Source of the DNA: a virus
Taxonomy: Duplodnaviria; Heunggongvirae; Uroviricota; Caudoviricetes
Length of the DNA stretch: 5,096 nucleotides
Virus record (IMG/VR): IMGVR_UViG_2531839237_000024
Strand: one strand, 5' to 3'
The translations under genes and the position numbers were made by a program. Below the pieces are notes generated by a model. It was not told the origin of the DNA. It saw nothing but the letters and a program-made list of their open reading frames with translations, and did no database searches. Below are positions 1-5,096 of this stretch, piece by piece (the stretch's first letter is position 1; each line of letters begins with the position of its first letter).

Positions 1-12
1 ATCGTTGAAGCG

Positions 13-2025
13 TTGATGAAAATGCCAGAAGTTAACGCCATGTATCCTGAACTTAAACTGCATGCCATCGGGTGGGTTAAGCATAAATGTGAGCCTGGCG
101 CTAAATGGCCTGAAATTCAGGCAGAGATGCGCATCTGGAAAAAACGTCGCGAAGGTGAACGCAAGGAAACCGGAAAATACACGTCTGTTGTTGATCTCAC
201 CCGCGCCAGAGTCAACCAACAGAACACTGAAAACGCTGCTGAAAAAACCGGGGCTGTCACTGTTGCCATTCGCCGCGAATACAAACAGACATGGAAAACA
301 CTCGACAATGAACTGGCCTGCGCCCTCTGGCCCGGTGATGTGGATGCAGGAAACATTGACGGTACCATCCATCGCTGGGCGACAAATGAGGTTATCGACA
401 AGGATCGCGAAGACTGGAAGCGTATCTCAGCATCAATGCGCAAACAGCCCGAAGCACTTGGCTATGACCGTCAGACTATTTTTGGCCTTGTTCGCGAACG
501 TCCGATCGATATTCACAAAGATCCCGTTGCACTGAACAAATATATCAGTGAATACCTGACGACAAAGGGCGTGTTTGAACATGAAGAAACAGACCAGAGC
601 TCTACTGATGCTCTCCAGCCGTCAGCAGCACAAACTGCTCCAGTGGAGACGGCAGAATCCGATACTCAAAAAAATGAAATCCTGGTGGAAGCTGAACCAT
701 CTGTAGAGCGTGAAGGACCATTTTATTTCGTCTTTACCGATAAGGGCGGGGAAAAATACGGCAGGGCAAACAAACTTTCTGGTCTGGACAAGGCGCTGGC
801 TGCCGGCGGTACCGAAATCTCAAAAGAAGAATATTTTGCCCGAAAAAATGGCACATACACGGGCTTACCGCAAAATGTGGATACCGCTGAAGATTCCGAA
901 CAATCAGAGCCGGTAAAAGTTACCGCTGACGAAGTAAACAAAATTATGCAGGCAGCCAATATCAGCCAGCCTGACGCCGATAAATTGCTTGCTGCATCAC
1001 GTGGTGAATTTGTTGAAGGGATTAGCGACCCGAATGATCCGAAATGGGTGAAAGGGATCCAGAGTCGCGACGCTGAGGACCAGAATCAGCCCAACGTGAA
1101 ACAAAATGAGCCAGAAGCGGAACAAAACAGCCCGGATACGCAACAAAACGGGCCAGAAGAACAACAACCAGAACCAGCAGTGCAACAGGAACTGGAAAAA
1201 GTTTGCACCGCATGCGGTCAGACCGGTGGCGGCAACTGTCCTGACTGTGGTGCGGTGATGGGGAACGCAACCTACCTGGAAACATTCGATGAAGAGAATC
1301 AGGCTGAAGCTCAGAAAAATGATCCGGAGGAAATGGAAGGCACTGAACATCTGCACAAGGAGAACACTGGCAGCGATCAGTATCACGCCAGCGATAATAA
1401 AACTGGCGAAACAGCAAATCCCTTAATTAAAGTGAACGGTCATCATGAAATCTCATCCACCAGCAGGTTGTGGCACCATCTGATGATTGACCTTGAAACA
1501 ATGGGAAAAAATCCTGATGCGCCAATAAACTCTATAGCCGGTAAGTTTTTTGATCCGGCAACCGGAGAGATGGGGCCAGAATTCAGCAAAACTATCGATC
1601 TGGAAACCGCAGGTGGGGTCATCGATCGGGACACCATTAAGTGGTGGCTGAAACAGTCACGCGAAGCACAATCCTCCATTCTGACCGATGAAATCACGTT
1701 GGATGATGCACTGCTGCAATTCCGGGAATTTATCGACGAAAACTCCGGTGAATTTTTTGTTCAGGTCTGGGGTAACGGTGCAACTTTCGACAACGTGATT
1801 TTACGCCGTTCATATGAACGGCAGGGGATCCCCTGCCCGTGGCGTTACACCAATGATCGCGATGTAAGAACGATGGTTGCTCTGGGACTGGTGATGGATT
1901 TCGACGCAAGAACGACTATTCCATTCGAAGGTGAACGCCATAACGCCCTGCACGATGCGCGTTACCAGGCAAAATACGTTTCAGCCATCTGGCAAAAACT
2001 GCTCCCGAGTCAGGCTGATTTTTAA
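13..2025 (+). CDS. Multi-domain prophage accessory protein: unknown N-terminal domain, acidic repeat linker, CxxC-x7-CxxC zinc ribbon, C-terminal DEDDh (DnaQ/RNase T-like) 3'-5' exonuclease domain
   Basis: Uninterrupted 670-codon frame. C-terminal region (about aa 485-665) carries DEDDh exonuclease motifs in the right order: MIDLET (nt 1483-1500), WGNGATFD, HNALHDA. The start is uncertain: the track uses TTG at 13, ATGs follow at 16 and 22, and the frame is open back to nt 1, so the gene may begin upstream of the window. Confidence 0.8.
   Translation: MMKMPEVNAMYPELKLHAIGWVKHKCEPGAKWPEIQAEMRIWKKRREGERKETGKYTSVVDLTRARVNQQNTENAAEKTGAVTVAIRREYKQTWKTLDNELACALWPGDVDAGNIDGTIHRWATNEVIDKDREDWKRISASMRKQPEALGYDRQTIFGLVRERPIDIHKDPVALNKYISEYLTTKGVFEHEETDQSSTDALQPSAAQTAPVETAESDTQKNEILVEAEPSVEREGPFYFVFTDKGGEKYGRANKLSGLDKALAAGGTEISKEEYFARKNGTYTGLPQNVDTAEDSEQSEPVKVTADEVNKIMQAANISQPDADKLLAASRGEFVEGISDPNDPKWVKGIQSRDAEDQNQPNVKQNEPEAEQNSPDTQQNGPEEQQPEPAVQQELEKVCTACGQTGGGNCPDCGAVMGNATYLETFDEENQAEAQKNDPEEMEGTEHLHKENTGSDQYHASDNKTGETANPLIKVNGHHEISSTSRLWHHLMIDLETMGKNPDAPINSIAGKFFDPATGEMGPEFSKTIDLETAGGVIDRDTIKWWLKQSREAQSSILTDEITLDDALLQFREFIDENSGEFFVQVWGNGATFDNVILRRSYERQGIPCPWRYTNDRDVRTMVALGLVMDFDARTTIPFEGERHNALHDARYQAKYVSAIWQKLLPSQADF
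1081..1185 (+). repeat. Five tandem degenerate 21-bp repeats inside the large CDS, encoding heptapeptides QNxPxxx
   Basis: Translation reads QNQPNVK / QNEPEAE / QNSPDTQ / QNGPEEQ / QPEPAVQ, with recurring caaaa(c/t)...cc(a/g)ga units in the DNA, immediately upstream of the zinc-ribbon codons. Confidence 0.7.
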
Positions 2026-2039
2026 TGTTCAACCCGGAT

Positions 2040-2067
2040 CGCCGCTAACGGCATATAGTTAGCGGCG
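2040..2067 (+). promoter_or_regulatory. Perfect 10-bp inverted repeat with 8-nt loop between the large CDS and the DUF4224 gene; possible RNA hairpin or dimeric protein-binding palindrome
   Basis: cgccgctaac (2040-2049), loop ggcatata, gttagcggcg (2058-2067); all 10 pairs are Watson-Crick. It is followed by gttgtgag, not a U-tract. Confidence 0.4.
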
Positions 2068-2083
2068 GTTGTGAGATATAGCT

Positions 2084-2287
2084 ATGAGCAGCATATTTTT
2101 AACCGAAAATGAATTGCAAACGTTAACGGGCTGCAAATATGCAAGCCACCAGCGCAACTGGTTAATAAAAAATGGGCTTCCGTTCTATACCAATCGTAGT
2201 GGAAAACCGATCGTCAGTCGGGAACTGTTTACCTGTATAAAAACTTTACCACCACGTGAGGCTGAACCTGATTTCGGTGCGATCTAA
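2084..2287 (+). CDS. Small DUF4224-family protein, putative excisionase/recombination directionality factor
   Basis: 67-aa ORF directly upstream of int. The N-terminal pattern FLTxxELxxLTGxK...WLxxNGLPF...GKPIV matches my recollection of DUF4224 proteins found next to prophage integrases. Its stop overlaps the int start (TAATG at 2285-2289), indicating translational coupling. The excision function is inferred from position only. Confidence 0.75.
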   Translation: MSSIFLTENELQTLTGCKYASHQRNWLIKNGLPFYTNRSGKPIVSRELFTCIKTLPPREAEPDFGAI

Positions 2288-3366
2288 TGGGAAGACGAAG
2301 GAAAAATCCCGAACACGAAAAATTACCGCCAAAGGTATACCCCAATAAATATAGTGTATGGAAACCGACATCCAGAGAATCTGTAACCTTAACTGCAATC
2401 GAGGATGGTTTAGCCGCATTATGGAAAAAGTATGAAGAAACGGTTAACCATCGCGATCGCGCAATGACATTTGGGCGTTTGTGGGAAAAATTTCTCGCCA
2501 GCGCCTATTACAGCGAGCTTAGTCCTAGAACTCAAAAAGATTATCTGCAACATCAAAAAAAGCTGCTGGCCGTATTCGGTAAGGTGCTGGCCGATTCTGT
2601 AAAACCAGAGCACATCAGACGATACATGGACAAAAGAGGCGAGCAGAGTAAAACGCAGGCAAACCATGAAAAAAGCAGTATGTCGCGCGTTTATAGTTGG
2701 GGGTATGAGCGAGGATACGTGAAGGCTAACCCATGTGCAGGTGTAAGTAAATTCAAGGCCAAAAACCGCGAACGATATGTAACCGACAAAGAATACCAGG
2801 CAGTATTAAGCGTTGCACCTCTTCCTGTTTTTATCGCAATGGAAATTGCCTATCTGTGTGCAGCGAGGGTTTCCGATGTGTTATCGCTGAAATGGGAGCA
2901 GATTGGAAACGACGGGATCTTTATCCAGCAAGGGAAAACAGGGAAAAAACAGATAAAAGCATGGAGTCCACGATTACAGGCGGCGATCGAAAAAGCAAAA
3001 CAGTTACCAACATCCGCCTATGTAATCAGCAATCAATACGGCAACCGATATATGTACAAAGGCTTTAACGAAATGTGGGTAGAAGCAAGAAATCACGCAG
3101 GCAAAATTTCAGGTATTTTAACCGACTTCACCTTTCATGATCTGAAGGCGAAAGGAATTTCAGACTATGAAGGAAGCAGCCGGGATAAGCAACTTTTCTC
3201 TGGTCACAAAACCGAAGGGCAAGTGCTAATCTATGACAGGAAGGTTAAAGTTTCACCAACACTTGATGTCCCGTTACCTGAAAATATTCCAAGAAAATAT
3301 TCCAAGAAAATATTCCAAGTAATTCCAAGTGTGATTTTTGTCACTGACTTAATGATGTGTAAGTGA
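2287..3366 (+). CDS. int: Lambda-family tyrosine integrase (site-specific recombinase)
   Basis: 359 aa. N-terminus MGRRRKNPEHEKLPPKVY resembles the lambda Int arm-binding N-terminus MGRRRSHERRDLPPNLY. Catalytic residues align with lambda Int at R194, K217, H284, H307 and Y316 with matching spacing, except that K287 sits where the second catalytic Arg is expected. Ends 8 bp from the tRNA-Ser 3' end. Confidence 0.93.
   Translation: MGRRRKNPEHEKLPPKVYPNKYSVWKPTSRESVTLTAIEDGLAALWKKYEETVNHRDRAMTFGRLWEKFLASAYYSELSPRTQKDYLQHQKKLLAVFGKVLADSVKPEHIRRYMDKRGEQSKTQANHEKSSMSRVYSWGYERGYVKANPCAGVSKFKAKNRERYVTDKEYQAVLSVAPLPVFIAMEIAYLCAARVSDVLSLKWEQIGNDGIFIQQGKTGKKQIKAWSPRLQAAIEKAKQLPTSAYVISNQYGNRYMYKGFNEMWVEARNHAGKISGILTDFTFHDLKAKGISDYEGSSRDKQLFSGHKTEGQVLIYDRKVKVSPTLDVPLPENIPRKYSKKIFQVIPSVIFVTDLMMCK
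3280..3329 (+). repeat. Three perfect tandem copies of 13-bp gaaaatattccaa plus a degenerate fourth copy, within the 3' end of int; candidate arm-type Int binding sites
   Basis: Perfect copies at 3280-3292, 3293-3305 and 3306-3318, then gtaattccaag at 3319-3329. They lie about 45-95 bp from the tRNA 3' end, comparable to the direct-repeat arm sites beside the lambda att core. The repeat is certain; the arm-site role is inferred. Confidence 0.8.
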
Positions 3367-3374
3367 TTGAATTT

Positions 3375-3464
3375 TGGCGGAGAGAGGGGGATTTGAACCC
3401 CCGGTGGAGTTGCCCCCACTCCGGTTTTCGAGACCGGTCCGTTCAGCCGCTCCGGCATCTCTCC
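3375..3464 (-). tRNA. serU: tRNA-Ser (anticodon CGA), class II tRNA with long variable arm, 90 nt
   Basis: Minus-strand reading gives GGAGAGATGCCGGAGCGGCTGAACGGACCGGTCTCGAAAACCGGAGTGGGGGCAACTCCACCGGGGGTTCAAATCCCCCTCTCTCCGCCA. A 5-bp anticodon stem (CCGGT/ACCGG) encloses the loop CTCGAAA, giving anticodon CGA, and the 3' CCA is encoded. Adjacency to mtfA and tRNA-Asn matches my memory of the E. coli serU locus. Confidence 0.93.
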
Positions 3465-3499
3465 GTTCAGATGGTTGCCATGATGCCAGGAAATTTGGC

Positions 3500-3508
3500 A
3501 TTTTAACA
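3500..3508 (-). promoter_or_regulatory. Possible extended -10 element (TGtTAAAAT) of the tRNA-Ser promoter
   Basis: Minus-strand TGTTAAAAT lies about 35 nt upstream of the tRNA 5' end. No good -35 hexamer sits at 16-18 bp spacing, so the call rests on the extended -10 alone. Confidence 0.3.
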
Positions 3509-3557
3509 GTCCCTGTCCGTGCAATTTTGTTCAAGTGACGAGTTTGCGAGCAAAACG

Positions 3558-4355
3558 ATGATTAAGTGGCCCTGGAAAGTACAAGAATCAGCACATCAAA
3601 CAGCCCTTCCCTGGCAGGAAGCACTATCGATCCCCCTTTTAACGTGTCTGACGGAACAGGAACAAAGCAAATTAGTCACTCTTGCCGAACGTTTTTTACA
3701 GCAAAAGCGGCTTGTTCCTTTACAGGGCTTTGAACTGGATTCATTAAGAAGCTGCCGGATAGCACTTCTATTTTGCCTACCCGTTCTGGAGTTAGGACTG
3801 GAATGGCTGGATGGTTTTCATGAAGTCTTAATTTATCCTGCGCCATTTGTGGTCGATGATGAATGGGAAGACGATATCGGTCTGGTGCATAACCAACGTA
3901 TTGTTCAGTCAGGTCAGAGCTGGCAGCAAGGGCCTATCGTTTTGAACTGGTTGGATATACAAGATTCTTTTGATGCTTCTGGTTTTAACCTGATTATTCA
4001 TGAAGTCGCTCATAAGCTGGACACCCGTAACGGCGATCGCGCCAGCGGAGTTCCCTTTATTCCGTTGCGTGAGGTTGCTGGCTGGGAACACGATCTTCAT
4101 GCTGCAATGAACAACATTCAGGAAGAAATCGAATTGGTTGGCGAGAATGCGGCGAGCATTGATGCTTATGCTGCCAGTGATCCTGCTGAATGTTTTGCCG
4201 TACTTTCTGAATATTTCTTTAGCGCCCCAGAACTTTTTGCTCCTCGTTTCCCTTCATTGTGGCAACGTTTCTGCCAATTTTATCAACAAGATCCTTTGCA
4301 GAGACTGCATCACGCTAATGATACAGACTCGTTTTCGGCGACGAATGTTCATTAA
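3558..4355 (+). CDS. mtfA: MtfA (Mlc titration factor A), zinc-dependent peptidase
   Basis: Protein from ATG 3558 begins [24 protein letters not shown] and contains the HExxH zinc-binding motif ([10 protein letters not shown]), matching my recollection of E. coli MtfA (265 aa). The track start at 3519 is a GTG that adds 13 residues; I prefer ATG 3558. Confidence 0.92.
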   Translation: MIKWPWKVQESAHQTALPWQEALSIPLLTCLTEQEQSKLVTLAERFLQQKRLVPLQGFELDSLRSCRIALLFCLPVLELGLEWLDGFHEVLIYPAPFVVDDEWEDDIGLVHNQRIVQSGQSWQQGPIVLNWLDIQDSFDASGFNLIIHEVAHKLDTRNGDRASGVPFIPLREVAGWEHDLHAAMNNIQEEIELVGENAASIDAYAASDPAECFAVLSEYFFSAPELFAPRFPSLWQRFCQFYQQDPLQRLHHANDTDSFSATNVH

Positions 4356-4408
4356 TTAACAACTTTGCAGATTAATTAACCAATTGAAATGACTTATGAA
4401 ATTTAGTG

Positions 4409-4437
4409 TTGACAGACAAGGTACCGCTAAGTAATAT
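4409..4437 (+). promoter_or_regulatory. Sigma70 promoter of tRNA-Asn: -35 TTGACA, 17-bp spacer, -10 TAATAT, followed by a GC-rich discriminator
   Basis: TTGACA at 4409-4414, TAATAT at 4432-4437, then gcgcccc at 4438-4444, typical of stable-RNA promoters under stringent control. The tRNA starts at 4456. Confidence 0.6.
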
Positions 4438-4455
4438 GCGCCCCGTTCACACGAT

Positions 4456-4531
4456 TCCTCTGTAGTTCAGTCGGTAGAACGGCGGACTGTTAATCCGTAT
4501 GTCACTGGTTCGAGTCCAGTCAGAGGAGCCA
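4456..4531 (+). tRNA. asnT: tRNA-Asn (anticodon GTT), 76 nt with encoded CCA
   Basis: TCCTCTGTAGTTCAGTCGGTAGAACGGCGGACTGTTAATCCGTATGTCACTGGTTCGAGTCCAGTCAGAGGAGCCA, anticodon loop CTGTTAA. E. coli has several identical Asn tRNA genes; the asnT name is assigned from the position between mtfA and yeeJ. Confidence 0.93.
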
Positions 4532-4620
4532 AATTCTAAAAATTCGCTTTTTTAGCGCAATGTCACTGACCTTAGTTGAACATTGTTTTTTAACGGATAG
4601 CGGGTTTTTAACATCTTAAG

Positions 4621-4651
4621 CGCCCTCGACCTTTATGGTTGAGGGCGTTTT
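4621..4651 (+). terminator. Probable intrinsic terminator downstream of tRNA-Asn
   Basis: GC-rich hairpin cgccctcgac / gttgagggcg (one mismatch in the stem) followed by tttt at 4647-4650. Confidence 0.45.
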
Positions 4652-4844
4652 GCTATGAACGCCATCACCATTTTCCCCTCGATTATAAAACTTGAGTTAT
4701 TCAGTAGTCTCCCCTCTTGCAACTCACATCCAAAACTGCCTAACGAAAAGTTATTAATTTTCAATCATATTGCTATCAGGATTTACATTTTTTCGCTGTG
4801 CTAGAAAGGGCGCATTTATGTTAGCTCGTTCAGGGAAGGTAAGC

Positions 4845-5096
4845 ATGGCTACGAAGAAGAGAAGTGGAGAAGAAATAAATGACCGACAAATCTTATGCGG
4901 GATGGGAATTAAACTACGCCGCTTAACTGCGGGTATCTGCCTGATAACTCAACTTGTGTTCCCTATGGCTGCGGCAGCACAAGGTGTGGTAAACGCCGCA
5001 ACCCAACAACCAGTTCCTGCACAAATTGCCATTGCAAATGCCAATACGGTGCCCTACACCCCAGAGCGCCGAATCCTGGCTGGCCCCCGTGGACTC
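4845..5096 (+). CDS. yeeJ: N-terminal part of a YeeJ-like inverse autotransporter adhesin (partial, runs off the window end)
   Basis: Open frame to the window end, translating MATKKRSGEEINDRQILCGMGIKLRRLTAGICLITQLVFPMAAAAQGVVNA..., which matches my recollection of the YeeJ N-terminus. A GGAAGG Shine-Dalgarno precedes ATG 4845; an in-frame ATG at 4818 is an alternative start. Not in the ORF track because it has no stop in the window. Confidence 0.65.
   Translation, partial: MATKKRSGEEINDRQILCGMGIKLRRLTAGICLITQLVFPMAAAAQGVVNAATQQPVPAQIAIANANTVPYTPERRILAGPRGL

Larger units (their letters stand above)
1..3374. mobile_element. Integrase-proximal arm of a lambdoid prophage inserted at tRNA-Ser (serU); partial, continues beyond the window start
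   Basis: Co-directional plus-strand genes (large accessory ORF, DUF4224/Xis-like, lambda-type Int) end 8 bp from the 3' end of an oppositely oriented tRNA-Ser. Recognisable host genes (mtfA, tRNA-Asn, yeeJ-like) follow immediately. int transcribed toward the att site matches lambda early-left organisation. Confidence 0.7.

Noticed and set aside
62-535. 157-aa ORF on the plus strand in an alternative frame
   Set aside because: Lies entirely within the 670-aa ORF, whose own frame carries a clear exonuclease domain signature; no start context or recognisable motifs; treated as a shadow ORF.
117-1697. Five minus-strand ORFs (117-443, 723-959, 997-1386, 1022-1417, 1443-1697) and one plus-strand ORF (710-916)
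   Set aside because: All are antisense or out-of-frame overlaps of the large plus-strand CDS, with Cys/Arg/Ser-rich or hydrophobic nonsense-like composition; shadow ORFs.
1483-2025. Internal ATG at MIDLET as an independent start for a stand-alone exonuclease gene
   Set aside because: No convincing Shine-Dalgarno upstream and the frame is continuous with the upstream domains; more likely a single fusion protein, though an internal start cannot be excluded from sequence alone.
13-2025. Identity as a RecE/exonuclease VIII-like or lambda Exo-like recombination nuclease
   Set aside because: Those are 5'-3' exonucleases of the PD-(D/E)XK fold; the motifs here (DxE ... FD ... HxxxxD) are of the DEDDh 3'-5' class.
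2040-2067. Hairpin as a rho-independent terminator of the large ORF
   Set aside because: No U-tract follows the stem (gttgtgag), and the downstream xis-like and int genes are co-directional and probably co-transcribed.
2419-3068. ORFs 2419-2667 (minus) and 2856-3068 (plus)
   Set aside because: Embedded in the integrase CDS, whose frame carries the conserved catalytic residues; shadow ORFs.
3280-3329. Tandem repeats as a CRISPR array or minisatellite
   Set aside because: Units are directly abutting with no spacers, only 13 bp long and about 4 copies; position beside the att core favours recombinase-binding sites.
1-3374. Phage-inducible chromosomal island or satellite rather than a lambdoid prophage
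   Set aside because: In the satellites I know, int sits next to a divergently transcribed regulator; here int is the last gene of a co-directional operon reading toward the att site, as in lambda. Only one end is visible, so element size is unknown.
3231-3534. Minus-strand ORFs 3231-3524 and 3349-3534
   Set aside because: They run through the tRNA-Ser gene and the int 3' end; the translation is a read-through of structured RNA sequence, not a plausible protein.
3519-3557. GTG start at 3519 for mtfA, as given in the ORF track
   Set aside because: The ATG at 3558 gives the N-terminus MIKWPWK that I recall for MtfA; the 13 upstream codons are probably untranslated leader.
3909-4359. ORFs 3909-4100 (minus) and 4138-4359 (plus)
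   Set aside because: Both overlap mtfA out of frame or antisense; no independent support.

Overview
This window looks like an Escherichia/Shigella-type chromosome at the serU-mtfA-asnT-yeeJ locus, with the integrase-proximal end of a lambdoid prophage inserted at the 3' end of tRNA-Ser(CGA). The prophage part (about 1-3374) is a co-directional plus-strand operon: a 670-aa multi-domain accessory protein, a small DUF4224/excisionase-like protein, and a lambda-family tyrosine integrase whose stop codon lies 8 bp from the tRNA 3' end. The host part carries tRNA-Ser (minus strand), the zinc peptidase gene mtfA, tRNA-Asn with a near-consensus promoter, and the 5' end of a yeeJ-like adhesin gene running off the window. 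The most interesting object is the 670-aa protein, which combines an unrecognised N-terminal domain, an acidic heptad-repeat linker, a CxxC-x7-CxxC zinc ribbon and a C-terminal DEDDh 3'-5' exonuclease domain; I consider it a candidate phage accessory, anti-defence or defence factor, but this is inference. Everything here is read by eye from the sequence and from memory of protein families; no searches were run.
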